A stretch of 64,000 nt of DNA from Andalucia godoyi And28 (GCA_009859145.1 VRVR01000005.1:277448-341447); one strand, 5' to 3'. Numbered from the stretch's first letter, positions 1 through 12,426 are shown. A program made the numbers and translations. The notes: generated from the sequence alone by a model not told the origin.

Positions 1-701
1 TCACAAGACTGCTAATTCTTTGCTGTTCATGTACGGACATGCCTTGGTTTTCCGATGCGGCACTTAGCCTCAGCAGCAGCATTGCAACCTGAAATAGAGC
101 ATCGACCCAGCACTTCAGCACCATTGCACGATCTGTGCCGTTGCCGTTTGATGCTGTCGCTGTCGCTGTCGCTGCCGCTGATTGCAATTTTGGATTCCGC
201 AAGGTGTGCTCCCGGACATACGTTTCGGCAAATTCCCGCACTCGTTTCTGTGAAAACCGTGCGAACAACAATGTTAGTCGATCCAGAACGCTGCTACAGC
301 ATGACTCGAGGACTAGTGGAACCCACTCCGCAGCTTCGAGTGCAGAGAGAATGCCGCTTGCAAATGTGTGTTCATAATACTTTTGCAGAATCTGCGCATT
401 TTCGGAGAACCCAACCTGCGACACGAGGGTAACAAACAACTGCTGTTTTGTCACTTCGCCCAATGACAATTTTCTCATGCATAAGATTCCGAACGCAACA
501 GGAGACAGCTGTGCGTCCCATGCTGCACTAACAATTCGAGTCATGTTGCTTAGAGAATTACCCGTGGACGTCACAGCGTTCGTAGCGTTTCCGGCAGCGG
601 TGGCGACCACTCTTTGCGAAGAACTGGAACAGCGAACAAGAGGTTGTTGATCTGATTGCAGTGGATGTACAGTGTTCATCAATGACATGAGTACAGACCT
701 G
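1..701 (-). CDS. Partial CDS running off the window start; helical protein, weakly Mediator MED5/24/33 N-terminus-like
   Basis: Manual translation gives a stop-free frame from about 700 to base 1 (SVLMSLMNTVHPL...MTRIVSAAWDAQLSPVAFGILC...LVSQVGFSENAQILQKYYEHTF). It is absent from the ORF track because it has no stop. The upstream exon or start is unresolved. Confidence 0.6.
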
Positions 702-1070
702 ACACCATGAAAAGAACAGAATAAATAGTATGTATATATAGATACGTGATCGAAGCAACAAGCAAATGAATCAAACAACAACAACAATAACAAAGAGCTC
801 AAGAATGATAAATAAATGTCAGAAGAAGTTTGCTGCACACCTTTTTCAAGTACGCGTATGCAGACCAAGGGAGTCGAGGAGGGTCCACACAAGTCCACCC
901 AGAGCACACAGACAGCAAGGGATGCAACAACACAACACTGAACGACACTGTCAGGATAGGAGAGAGATTTGCCTGGTGACAACTTGCTCCCCCACAAAAA
1001 AGAAAACAACAACAACAACAGATGGGCTTAGTTAAGACGGGCAGATTGAAAGTCAAAGGAAAACAAAAAC

Positions 1071-1116
1071 AATATATATATATATAAATATATAAATATA
1101 AATATAAATATATATA

Positions 1117-1157
<41 letters not shown>

Positions 1158-1159
1158 AT
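1071..1159. repeat. (TA)n/(TATATG)n microsatellite
   Basis: Seen directly in the sequence. Confidence 0.9.
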
Positions 1160-1559
1160 TTGAGGGGGGGAAAACACATGAAAGAGAAAGGAGAAGGATC
1201 GAACCAGAATCTTTTTTGAATACGGGAAACATGGATGAAATGGCGTGTTTTTTTCCCCCAGCTTTTTGAGAATTTTGCTGATTGCTCGTCAGTCGTCGTC
1301 AGTCGGCCAACTCTGTTTTCAAGCATTGCGTCGGGGCTTTTCTTCTGATCTCTTTTTGCGGGAAAGATGGATGGATGAAGGAGAGGGTGAAAGGGTGTTC
1401 AAGTCAGCATCAATTGATGCTGTCAGAGTGAAGTTCGTTAGAGTTTCGTGACTGCAATAAGCATGATGATGCAAAAAAAATACCAATGTTGGATAACGGA
1501 GCTCATGGGTTTTTTGTTTTGTTTTTTGAATGTTTTGGAGTATTTGTTGCGGAGAAGGG

Positions 1560-2411
1560 ATGGAGATTGACTCTGAAAAGCTGTCCGAGGTGACAGGTTG
1601 GCTTCGTCGCGTGTTCCAGAGTGACAGTGTGCCTGTTTTTGAAGTGACACCCGAGACAATTGAGATGCTGCATATTCTTTCGCGGCTTCACAAGATCCGG
1701 TGCACTGAGCAAATGCACTTGCTCTCGACGATCCAGAAAGAATCTGAATCGTACAAATCAAGAAATGGACTGCTGCGCACGCAGCTCGAAAATGTCGGAC
1801 TTTCTCTCGATTCTTTTTCGTCTAGAACAAAGCAAAATTTGCTTGTGCTAGGATCAACGGCAGCTGAGCTGGGTTTGGAGCGGCTCTCGCTCGACTCGCT
1901 TGTCATTTCCACAGACGATCTGATTGTACAACGCGAAAAGGCAGGACACCTCGTTTCTGAGCTCAGGGAACACGCGGCGGATGTCGACAGACTGCATTCG
2001 GAAACCTCCCGACTGCTGAATTCTGTTGAAAAGGTGTCGCATAATATCGCAGCCGAGGTTGATTCCCGAAGGGCAGAGACTTCCGAAAAGGAAGAGCAGC
2101 TTGGATACCTCAGAACAAAGGCGGCAGAGTACAGAGCGCAGGCAGATGAGTCGAAAGCAAGCCTGGGGACTCGAGGGCTTCATGCGGACATCACACACAC
2201 TGCAATTCAAAAGCTCGCAGAACGAGTTGCGGCGCTCGAAGCCGCATTGAAGCCGCTGCAGGAAAAACTCACGCTTTACAACAATTTGCCTCCAGACGTG
2301 TCGCTCGCCAGATTGCAGATCGAGACGACTCGTGCAAAACTGGAATCTGCGGAATCCAAGCTTGGACGGCTACTGTCTTCATCCGGCTCCGCAACTTTAT
2401 CGAATCCATGA
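1560..2411 (+). CDS. HAUS1: HAUS augmin-like complex subunit 1 homolog
   Basis: N-terminal VTGWLRRVFQSDSVPVFEVTPETIEMLHIL, coiled coils and C-terminal LYNNLPPDVSLARLQIE match the HAUS1 pattern; ATG at 1560. Confidence 0.78.
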   Translation: MEIDSEKLSEVTGWLRRVFQSDSVPVFEVTPETIEMLHILSRLHKIRCTEQMHLLSTIQKESESYKSRNGLLRTQLENVGLSLDSFSSRTKQNLLVLGSTAAELGLERLSLDSLVISTDDLIVQREKAGHLVSELREHAADVDRLHSETSRLLNSVEKVSHNIAAEVDSRRAETSEKEEQLGYLRTKAAEYRAQADESKASLGTRGLHADITHTAIQKLAERVAALEAALKPLQEKLTLYNNLPPDVSLARLQIETTRAKLESAESKLGRLLSSSGSATLSNP

Positions 2412-2585
2412 CATCGTTGTGCTCTCTTAATTTGAGCAAGGTGTTTCCCATGGCGTGGGTATCTGGCAATTGGACAGGCATCCTGCATTTTTCCTTTTCG
2501 TTTCTATGTTTTCTTTCTTTCTTCTTTACTGGATGCGGTTTGTTTTACACGAAGGGAACGGGTGGATGGACCGGCATCCATTCTG

Positions 2586-3431
2586 TCAGTTTGAATCAAA
2601 GATTGCGAAAAGTCGCTGGGTAACTTGGCGCAGGTACTGGATTTGGCTTTGCAGTTCATGGTTCGTTTTTTCTTGCTGCTGCAGGACGCGCTCAAATGCC
2701 TCTGTCTCGGACTGCAGACGCTGGTACAGACTGCGGTAGCGCATCGAGTATGCAGCGTTGATGGTCTTCACTCTGTCCGTAAACTTGCAGAAATCGCTCA
2801 TCATGTCCTCCACGCATTCTTCATTCATGTTTTCCTTTCGCTTCTGTTCACTGGTCGAGGCGCCATGGGCTTTCTTTTCTGGAGCACTCGATTCCAGCAC
2901 CTGAGCGACGGGGATCGCTGGCAGATTTTCTGCGGAAGCGGACATTTGCACCGCATGAGCATGCTTCCCAGCTTCGTTTTCCGCACTGGCGGTTTGGCTG
3001 GCGGTGCTATTGGCGATGGAGGATGGAAATGTCGGCGGCCGCGTGGCATTCGAAAGGAAAGACGAAAGCAAGCCCGGTCCAAAGCGATTCTGGAAGGATG
3101 GGTTTGCAGCAGCATTTGCCTTGTTCTTCGGTCCTGTTGCTGGTGCATTTTCAAGACTTGTTCGGAACACCTTCCGTGGAGTTTCGTTTTCCTTTTCTTC
3201 AGACGCAGATCCAGCAGACTGGCTGCGATCTGCCTGGAGATGCACTGCTTCCGATGGCTTTGCTTGTTGCTGCTGGTGATCTTCGACAGAGGAAAGCTCT
3301 GCAGAAGTTCGTTTGGAGCGCCCATTCTTTCCAGCTGATTCTTTTGTGCGAGAAGAAGCCTTCATGCTCTCCAGAAATGCAGACATCAACTTGGACGGGA
3401 GAAAACAACTCTGAATAACCAGATTCTGCAA
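2586..3431 (-). CDS. Hypothetical protein with disordered N-half and C-terminal coiled coil
   Basis: 281-codon ORF with coding-like composition; the 5-prime end probably follows a CAG acceptor near 3427. Confidence 0.6.
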   Translation of the reverse strand: MQNLVIQSCFLPSKLMSAFLESMKASSRTKESAGKNGRSKRTSAELSSVEDHQQQQAKPSEAVHLQADRSQSAGSASEEKENETPRKVFRTSLENAPATGPKNKANAAANPSFQNRFGPGLLSSFLSNATRPPTFPSSIANSTASQTASAENEAGKHAHAVQMSASAENLPAIPVAQVLESSAPEKKAHGASTSEQKRKENMNEECVEDMMSDFCKFTDRVKTINAAYSMRYRSLYQRLQSETEAFERVLQQQEKTNHELQSQIQYLRQVTQRLFAIFDSN

Positions 3432-3439
3432 GAGAATGG

Positions 3440-3481
3440 ACTGGAAAAAGTAAACTGGAAAAAGTAAACTGGAAAAAGTAA
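3440..3481. repeat. 3 x 14-bp tandem repeat ACTGGAAAAAGTAA
   Basis: Three exact copies. Confidence 0.9.
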
Positions 3482-3724
3482 AATGTTAACAAAGCAAAAA
3501 GCAAAGGCGCAGCATGAAATACTCGAGCTGATTTTGACCGCATTGCAAAATGCTTTTTTCCCTGACGGAGACACGACCTTTGCTTTCCCGCGGGCACCCG
3601 GGACTGCCCGGTCTATCGGAGAATTGAGTTTTGAAAATTTCCTTTTTTAAAACCAATTCAAAAAAATAATAATAATTACAAAATAAATCAACAACAAATG
3701 ACTACAGCTGGGGAAACAGATTTT

Positions 3725-6700
3725 TCAAGACGACGATGACTTGTGCTTTCTCTGCTTCTTCTTGTCACGAACGTCGGACTCCTCCGTTTCGGTAACGCGA
3801 CTTCGCTTCTTCTCGTGTTTCTTGGATGCGACGGAAATCGAGGACAGTGACTCGCCATTTTTCGGGAGCACAGCATCCCAAGCCGAGTCATCCTGCACAA
3901 CCTTGTAATGATCCAGGTGAAGTCCATCAACCATTTTCTGCATCTCGGAATACTCCGGCTTTTTCTTGGAAGTCCTGTCCGGCTCATCCTTGAGCTCTTC
4001 GTCGAGAGTCTTCTTCAACGGAATCATTTTCCTGGAGGAATCCGAAACAGAAAGAAGCTTCGACTCCACCTCTCTTTCCTGTATCTTTCTAAAATGGCTT
4101 GAAATTCGTCGAATTGCTTTGCCAAAAAGCGCAAGGACCTGTGCAGACGTCAAGTTCAGTTCCTTTTGAAGATCATCCACCGATCGATGCTGCAGTCCAA
4201 GCGCAAACAGAATAGCAGCTTGCGCAGCGGAGACCGAAAATGAGATACGATCTGTAAACAGAAGTTTCGCAATGGTGGGCAACATATCAACAATCACATG
4301 GTAATCCACCAAACCTGTGCAATAAGCTTCAAGGCGACCCAGATCGTATGGTGAGAAGTGGGTGTACAGCTCACTCTTCGAGAGCCGAATCTCTTCGTTA
4401 TCGTCGTTTTCAGAGCCCGCCGCCAGTTTCCTATCTCTTCCGTATCCAATCACAGACAATGCAAGAGAAACAGAGTACGCACGAAAATCGTATCCAGACA
4501 AACTCAAGAAGCGGCGTCTGAAATCATCATAGAACGCAGTGATTGTGCCGTCCACGCCTTTCTTCAACGACGCTGCCGCAGTAGATGTCAGAGGAGCAAG
4601 CATGACGCAGGTATTTTCGCCAGTGAGTTCGTTCGAAGTTTGGCGCAGATACACCGGTTTGTATCCAGATCTGCTCCAGAACTTGAACAAAGGCTCCGTA
4701 ATTCCGTAGGACACCCCCAAGTAATGCAGTGCTTCCGGCCGACGCTCGGACAATTTCAACAACAGCGGTGGAAGGTTCTTTCTCGGAACGATCACTTCGC
4801 TCTGGATACTGTCGCCTTCCGCAGTGGCAGAGGCTTGAGAGCTTTTCTTGGTCTTTGCATCCTCTTCGTCCAAAGACGTGAAGTTTCCGTTGTAATAGTC
4901 TCGCATTAAGTTCAGTGCACGCGATCCATATCCCATCTAACAACCAATCATTAAATTAGAAAAAAGTAAAGACAAAAGAAAACATTTCTATGGAGAAAAA
5001 CAAAAAGAGAAAGAAGAAGAGGGGAGACGGAAAAAGAGAGAGTCCAGCCAAGCGGGATGAAAGAAGAACAAAACAACAGATGGAAAATGAGAATAGAATG
5101 CGTGGAAGGGAGGAAAAACGTACCTTTTGGTATTCCGGATGCGTGGCAATACGAATCACTCGCGCTCCGCTCAGCCGAGCAAAATCTGCATCTTGGAATT
5201 GGGTTGCCACAGTGTAGGGAATTAAATCTCCAGCCGGACGATGTCCTTGAGAGAGATTCTTCTGAATGGACTCCTTTGAAATCTCACCTTCAAGAGAAGC
5301 CTGGATGACACAAAGAACTTCCGGAAGACTGTCAGACTCCGGATCAACGGGTCCGAGAAGCACAAACAAGTTATGGCCAGGTGCATCGGCCATGAGCTGC
5401 AAATCATTTGGCGTGTTTCTGTAGTGCGAAGCAACATACAGTGCCATCATCTTCTGCAAGAACGCTTCCGAAGCTTTGTGGAACGAAAACAGCGTTTCCC
5501 GGTTCACATAGTAGAGTTCGCATTGATCTGGATGTGGGCACTTGCCACTGCTTGCTGGTGCGTTCGAAGCGTCCAGGCAAAGTAATGTGTTGAGCCATGA
5601 CTCGACCGGATCTCCCAGAGAGTAGCGAATCGGCTCCTGCAGGGACATTTCACGAAGCGAACGTCCCAAAGATGCTGCCTTTGCAGAGACGCCTTCTGCA
5701 ACCACACCACCGCGGCTCTGTTCCCTTAGTTGCTGAATTAACTTCAGAGAAAGAGACCGCCCTGTGCCTTCATAACCATTCACGGTTGATGCGATGAATA
5801 CCAAGTACGGACCAAGCATGCTTTTCACAAGCGGCAGAGGAATTGCCGCTGCTTCATCGATCACAACAATCTCGGCTTGCGCCAACTTGGCCGAATCACC
5901 CGGATGAATGTACTGGATGGTCTGTCGGTGTTCTCGGAAGATGTTCACACGCACGATTGCAGAGTTAAATTCAGGATTTGTGGACTGGACGATATCATAA
6001 TCCACATGCTCCTTGTAGCCCAGCGAATCAAAGCCTTTGAAGACGAATTCGAAGAATGTTTTCAAGTTTTCTGGGCTCGGAGAAGTCACGAAGATGTTTG
6101 AATAACCATACGCAACTGCCGCAGCAAGCGAGAGTCCCATTGCAGAAGACTTTCCGCGTCCACGCGCAGCAGTCAAGGCAATAGTAGTGCGAAGAGTCTT
6201 TTCCGCGATTGCATCCACGAACTGCATCACGGACTTTGCCTGATCCAGCGTCCTCGCAAGACCAACAAGCGATCCCACAGGCTGCGTTTCCTTCATAGAC
6301 TCTTTCAACTTCTTCAAATCCTTCTCTTGAGGAGTCTGATATGTGATTCCGTCATCTGTGTCAACTTGTACAGGCTGAATGTCCCGAATGTTTGTCGAAA
6401 TTGGAAGGACATTAAATTCATCGTCAACGACAAGACAGGTCTTGCAGGAGGATAAAGACAATAAGAAACGCTCATTAAATCGAGGAACCACATCCACTTG
6501 AGATTCCGTGCGGAAACGACTGTGTACGTCCATGGTCATGGAGAACAGCTGCTTCAGAGAAGACATTGTTCGCAGAAGTAGCACAACAATTCCGCCGCCT
6601 TCAACCGTCTCGATTGTTCTCGCGAGAATATTCGGAGTCACCGCCTCAAAATCTTGCAATACGCACATTCCGTATGTATTACCAAGAATCTTTTGTGTTT

Positions 6701-7022
6701 CGGAATAGTACGTAAATCGAATGTCTGTTGAAGACAAGAACAGCTCAAATGGATCATCACGGTCAGGATCCAACAGCCCTCTCTTGAGCAGTTTGTTCGT
6801 TTGCTTCAGACGCTTTTGCTTGTTTGAAGAGAATCCAAGATCCTTTTTATAGCACCACAAGACAGAAGGACGCGCCTTCACTGCAGTCTTTGACAGAATG
6901 TAATGAAGATTCACAACCTGTTCTCTCCCGCGATCACCAACAATTACAAAGAAGGAGCGCTGTCGAAGCTTGACGCAATTCTCAATAACAGTCTTCACTC
7001 GAGAATCAATCTTTTTCTTCAT
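3725..7022 (-). CDS. NAT10: RNA cytidine acetyltransferase NAT10/Kre33; exons 7022-5124 and 4936-3725
   Basis: MKKKIDSRVK start, ALTAARGRGKS Walker A, DEAAAIP, ASTVNGYEGTGRSLSLKL and GNAT RVIRIATHPEYQK|MGYGSRAL joined across a GTACGT...TTAG intron (4937-5123). Confidence 0.96.
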
Positions 7023-7441
7023 ACCCGCAAACGATGAGCGCACTATCAGACAACGAAAAACGAAAATCTAATTTTTAAATACAGAATAATTATAATAAAT
7101 AGAAGAAAAGGAAAAGAAGGGGAAAAAGAATACCAATCGAAAACGAAAACCTCGATAAATGCAGAGAAAGAGGAATTTTTCGCTCATGTCTTTCTTTCAT
7201 TGAGGCACACCACGAGAAGGCGCGGTACGGTACGGTATCATACGACAATTCGGACAACGACCATGGATAACGTCCGATGTTGGAGGTTCCCAGCAAGGAA
7301 AATGATAAAAGTCGTGTCTCGTCGAATGATCCAGGACTGTGTAGTTGCTTTTCACGCTGCTGAAGCCATCCTTCTTTATTAACTGTATATGTACGTTTGT
7401 TGTTTGCACAAATATATATATAATAAAAATTGGAGAAGATC

Positions 7442-8698
7442 ATGGATGACGACGACGTGGTGGCTCCTCTGACTGGAAAGGTCCTGGCGTTTTCGTCTCT
7501 TTACAGCAAAGATGGCATTGTTATCGCCAAGTCCTTTGCAGACGGGGATGTGGTTTGTCAACACGGACATCGAGAGCCTGGGTTGTGTGTGCTCAGTGGC
7601 GAGCGAGTGCACTGCATGTCGCTGCTTGAAACTGGAAATGCGATTACACTGGTGGCGTCGACCGGCCAGTCCATCATCGTCATACCAGACTGTCTGTCGA
7701 ACCGCAGCAATCAGACGATCGCAAAGTACAAGTTGGCTCGAGACAAACCTCTGGTCAGTGGCCTGGTGGCACTGATCATGCAAGACGCTGACGACTGTCT
7801 GCTGGCTGTTATCTGTGGACACGCAGACGGAAGCTTGTCGGTATTCGGCGGATCGTCCCACGAAACACTGACTCTGATGACTTTGAATGTCGAGCCCACG
7901 AGCTTGTCTGCACATCCAGGTCTCGATGACCGTGAGAATCCGCCGAAGCGAAGCAGACGGAACTTGCAGGAAACAAGTGCTGGAACGATTGCTGCGGCTG
8001 CAGGTGATGTGAGCGTCTCCGAGGATGGAGAGAATCTGAGATGGCGGCATGGCATGTCATCTTCCACCAGCAGTCCTGTCGTGTCTGTGAAATACGGTTC
8101 CCGTCGTCGCGACCAGTGTGTTGTGTTTGTTGCGAATGCCAAAGGGCTCCTGCACATGTTGAAGATGCGGGTCTCCGTGGGAAAGAGAATCCATACGAGG
8201 CACGCTGCGTGCATCCAACAATACAGATCGTTTACTCTGCCACAACAGCCGACAATTGTGGACGCTACGGTATCTATGATTCTCACGGCTCACAAGGGAG
8301 CTTCGTTCTTGTGGGTAATTACCGGGCAAGGAGGCTGCTCGATCGTCGAAGTCGGACACGAGACACTGTTCTTTCATCATCGGATACAGTGCGACGTTGA
8401 CAAATCTGTGCTGATGAATCGTGTATGTCTCGCCAACACGAGCGACAAGAACGTCTCGATAATTGGGTGTGATATGTTCGGTCGGTTCAACCAAGCAACA
8501 GTGCACAAAGATTACCTCACCGGGAACGAACGGTGCAAGTTCCATCGGCTGAATATGGAGCGCATACCAGGCAGTCCGTCCCTGGAGACATTTCCCATCG
8601 GCATCTTCAAAACAAAAGGGGAGATACACGCCGTCGATCAGAAAAATCATACTGTGAGACTGCAGATCGGACCGCAGGCAAACGGAAAAGATGCGTGA
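7442..8698 (+). CDS. Hypothetical beta-strand-rich (possibly propeller-like) protein
   Basis: About 420-codon intronless ORF with ATG at 7442; no family recognised. Confidence 0.65.
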   Translation: MDDDDVVAPLTGKVLAFSSLYSKDGIVIAKSFADGDVVCQHGHREPGLCVLSGERVHCMSLLETGNAITLVASTGQSIIVIPDCLSNRSNQTIAKYKLARDKPLVSGLVALIMQDADDCLLAVICGHADGSLSVFGGSSHETLTLMTLNVEPTSLSAHPGLDDRENPPKRSRRNLQETSAGTIAAAAGDVSVSEDGENLRWRHGMSSSTSSPVVSVKYGSRRRDQCVVFVANAKGLLHMLKMRVSVGKRIHTRHAACIQQYRSFTLPQQPTIVDATVSMILTAHKGASFLWVITGQGGCSIVEVGHETLFFHHRIQCDVDKSVLMNRVCLANTSDKNVSIIGCDMFGRFNQATVHKDYLTGNERCKFHRLNMERIPGSPSLETFPIGIFKTKGEIHAVDQKNHTVRLQIGPQANGKDA

Positions 8699-8726
8699 CG
8701 CACCGATCTTCCTATGCCGTGGGCTC

Positions 8727-10972
8727 TTATTCTTCTTCTTCTTCGCCGTCTTCTTCTACATCCGTGGTGATTGAGAATAAAATTATTCGCTTCTCGGAAA
8801 CCAAAGACAGAAGCTGACGACCAGCAGAGCAGCTCATACCCGTAACTGAAATTGGACGCGCATGTTCCATCTTCTTTGGCGGACAGCGCGACTGCAAAAC
8901 TCGTGCATATGAAATTGGCATGTCTTTCAAGGGGACAAATTTGCAAGCAGCGCAATCCAAAACGGAGACCACGAACGTTTCCATATCTTCGCGATTCCGC
9001 GACACAACAAGCAGACTCTCATCAATGTATGTATCGCAGAATGTAGCCACGAAGGCGTCGTCATCCAGCCGAATCAGACATCCGAATGCCCCTTCAGAAA
9101 CAAACCTTATCACGCAAGCATATCCCTGAGCGTCAACGGTGAAAAATACAGACGCAAGTGTGGAATTGATCCCAGTTTGAGGAACGGACAACGTGGATGT
9201 TGACACAATGGTGGCCAACGGGAAGTTCAGATTTTGGTTGAAAGAGTCAACGAGTGAATCTCCAAACGACGACGAGAAAAAAGCGAAAATAGAATTGTAA
9301 GAACTTGCGTTATCGATGCATGTGACAGAGGAGAGCTCAGAGACCGCAAAAACATCAAGGAGAGATTGACGATCTGGCTCGAAGTACGTTTCCAAGAACC
9401 CCAGCAACCGACTTGCAACCAGAGAATCGGCAAACTTGTCATGGAGTTCCTCTTCAATATTATCCTCATTATCCAATAATTGATGCACTGCAGATGGATG
9501 AGTGTTGATGATAAGTATATCACGAATCGGGAAAACGAACAACAGAAGAAGAAGGGGAGAGAGAGAGAGAGAGAGAGCGAGCGAGAGAGAGAGAGCGAAA
9601 AAAACCCACCGTCAAAAACCGGGAGAATACAAAGCAAAATACGTACGATACCCAATCCAGGTCAGGAACAATGAAAAAGACGACTTTGCCTCCTGAAAGG
9701 CTTTTCCAGTGTCTTTAACTCGGGACTCTATTTGCACAACCCACTGCAACAGCGCCTCTGCATTGGTCCGCGAAAAATGCTTGACGACCGCCCTGGACTT
9801 CCACATCATGTAGCTCTTCAGCTGTCGAGCACTGGCGGAAAGCATTTCGAGAGATGGCGCAACAAACGTGTCCTGCAGCAATGCAATGTTTTGAGAAATT
9901 TGATCCAAAGACCGCTGCACACGCGTCAACGCAGCAGTACCGATGTTTTGCGACACGAAAAGCTGCAAGGCAGGACTCAGTACCCCGCTGGCCAAAACTT
10001 CCAAGAAGCCGACTTGCAATGTTTCCGCGGACAAGTTCGCTGAAATGATGGATCACATTAGTAATGGAGGCAAGATGGAAAGGGGGAGGAGGATGACGAA
10101 CGAGCCACAAAGAAACAAAACCATAACAAAACCATACACTCTGCGATTGCCGGAAATTGTTCAATAATGTTGTAGAATAAAGAGAGAAACTCGTTCCAAG
10201 CCTTTGTGATGTGCACAAACGACACTTTCAGAACGTCGAAGGCACATCTCATGTTCATTGATACCAAAGTGATCATGGAAAGGTCTTTTGCAGACTGGAC
10301 CAAAGGGGAACAATCGATGGATCGAATCTGCGCTACTGATCCACTTGCCGAGATCGCATGCAATGTGGTTCCCACAAATGATGCTTGGCAAGGCTCGAAC
10401 TTCTTGTCAAAAACGACTCGCTTAAGCAGCAGATATGCTGAGGAGTAGATGTCCATGACACCGTCTTCATATCCAACAACCAGCAACTCCAATTCAGTGG
10501 ATCCAAGAAACCTCACAACACTTGTAGTTCCGCCATACTGCGCAGCAAAATCCGACGCAACACCCTGAAATTTGGCGGAATCGGCACGAATATCCGTGAA
10601 TGGAGTATCGGAGCCTTCTGCTTTTAAAGAAATCCACTGCAGAACCGTAACCTTTGCTGCTTTGCTGCTGCTCTGCTCCGTTCTTTCTCTTCGAAAAAGC
10701 ACGGAGCCATCCTCGACATTCAACAGCAAAACTGTACCATCAGCAAGTCCAACAATGACGATTCTACCGTTCGAGCTCCAAGAAATGCACGTAACAGGCT
10801 GCTCAATAACTGCACTGAAAACCTTTTGGAAATTCAAAGGTCGATAGACAGACAGATCGCGCTGGCCAGCAACAATCGCAAGCAAATCAAACTTTGGACA
10901 GCAAGAAGACAGCGACACCGCATCAGACAACGTCCGATCTTGCTCCACAATGAACCCATCCGGCACTGTCAT
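8727..10972 (-). CDS. ANAPC4: Anaphase-promoting complex subunit 4; exons 10972-10138, 10039-9647, 9487-8727
   Basis: CCPKFDLLAI...VYR..FQKVF...ISWSSNGRIVIVGLADGTV matches the ANAPC4 WD40 region; two GT-AG introns restore the frame. Confidence 0.85.
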
Positions 10973-11361
10973 TGCTTCTGCAACACACCTAATCTCGAAT
11001 TCCACAACAATCAACAACAACAAACACACGCCAACAGGAATGACTACATAAAATGAAACAGAGAAACATAAAACAAGAAACAAGAAATAACGCAAAATAA
11101 CAGAGGTTTTTTCCCTCCGGTGCGCGTTTTTGGCGGTCGACACACAACGACAGCGACTTCAATCGAGTCCTCGTTTTCGCTGGAGCCAACACTGCCGAAG
11201 GTTGCTGTTCCTCTGCAGTCGTGTGTGACACCCCCTACATCGAAGCAAGTTGCTTTGTAGAAGAACAGGATACATCAGGAGAACGGATAATCGTGATGAT
11301 TATGTGCGTTATCACAAATCAACCGTAACAAGGGTAATAAGATCAGCTCACAGCGGAGAGA

Positions 11362-12426
11362 ATGTCACAGGGGCGCCAGCCTGGGAAAGAAGGAGCCGTC
11401 AGGCATGTTCACGGGACTAATCCAATGTTTCTCATCGACAAGGTTCTTCGCGAACGCATTTTTGAAAGTATGTACTGGAAGCAACACTGCTTTGCACTCA
11501 ACGGTATGTCTATAATGATTTATGCACATTACTATTTTTTATTTTTTATTATTTTTTATTATCATTATTATTTTTTGGCGGCTCTTCTTCTTCTTGTTCT
11601 TGTTCTTCTTGTTCTTGTTCTTGTTCTTGTTCTTGTTCTTGTTCTTCTTGTTCTGCATGATAATGATGGCGGTAGCATTGGTACTTCACGTACTTATGTT
11701 TGTTTTTGTTGTGGGATTTCGTATTGTGCAGAGTCGAGACTCGTGGATCGTGCGGAGGACATGCAGTTCATAGCGGGTTCTTATGGAGGCTTCCGAAAAC
11801 CGTCGCCGTTTGTTTGTCTGCTGCTTAAGCTGTTGCAACTTCAGCCGAAAGACGAGATTGTGCTTGCGTACCTACGAAACCCAAAGTACAAGTACTTGAC
11901 AGCTCTTGCTGCAGTGTATATCCGACTTGTGTTTCCACCTCCAGCACTGTTTCCGCTGCTGGAATCTCTGCTTTCTGATTGCCGAAAGCTGAGAAAACGA
12001 CACAGCTCTGGTGACTTTGAGGTTGTCTACATGGACGAGTTTGCAGACTCGCTGATTCGAGAGAGCTCGTGTTTTGAAATCGGCCTTCCACGACTACCTT
12101 TCCGATGGGTACTGGAAGATGTTCATGGAATTCCAGAGCGCCAAAGCGCAATCCTCGAGGATTTCCAAGCAGAGGTCGCTGCGAGAGCAGGGGTTCCAGG
12201 AGCGTTTCCTGTTGCAGGTGCAACGGACAAGTCTACTGCAATTGTTAACAGCAATGGCGATTCTATGACGGCTGCTCCAGGAGACCGCGATGCCAAGCGG
12301 CCAAGAATCGACGCCAGCGAATATCATCAGAACAGAGCGGCTTCGAATGGGTCTCACGTTTCCTTCACTGTGGAAGAGACCAATCGAATCCGCCTCAGTC
12401 TTGGACTTCGACCTCTGCGACTGTAG
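11362..12426 (+). CDS. PRP38: Pre-mRNA splicing factor Prp38 with C-terminal HIND motif; intron 11504-11731
   Basis: VHGTNPMFLIDKVLRERIFESMYWKQHCFALN|ESRLVDRA...GGFRKPSPFVCLLLKLLQLQP...KYLTALAAVYIRL; removing the GTATGT...GCAG intron gives a clean Prp38 alignment. Confidence 0.93.
   Translation: MSQGRQPGKEGAVRHVHGTNPMFLIDKVLRERIFESMYWKQHCFALNGMSIMIYAHYYFLFFIIFYYHYYFLAALLLLVLVLLVLVLVLVLVLVLLVLHDNDGGSIGTSRTYVCFCCGISYCAESRLVDRAEDMQFIAGSYGGFRKPSPFVCLLLKLLQLQPKDEIVLAYLRNPKYKYLTALAAVYIRLVFPPPALFPLLESLLSDCRKLRKRHSSGDFEVVYMDEFADSLIRESSCFEIGLPRLPFRWVLEDVHGIPERQSAILEDFQAEVAARAGVPGAFPVAGATDKSTAIVNSNGDSMTAAPGDRDAKRPRIDASEYHQNRAASNGSHVSFTVEETNRIRLSLGLRPLRL
11585..11653. repeat. (GTTCTT)n microsatellite in the PRP38 intron
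   Basis: Seen directly in the sequence. Confidence 0.9.

Noticed and set aside
11221-11315. GTGTGTGACACCCCCT plus hairpin as another omega-RNA copy
   Set aside because: The stem is degenerate, there is no upstream RuvC peptide, and the putative pseudoknot partner is sequestered in a local hairpin.
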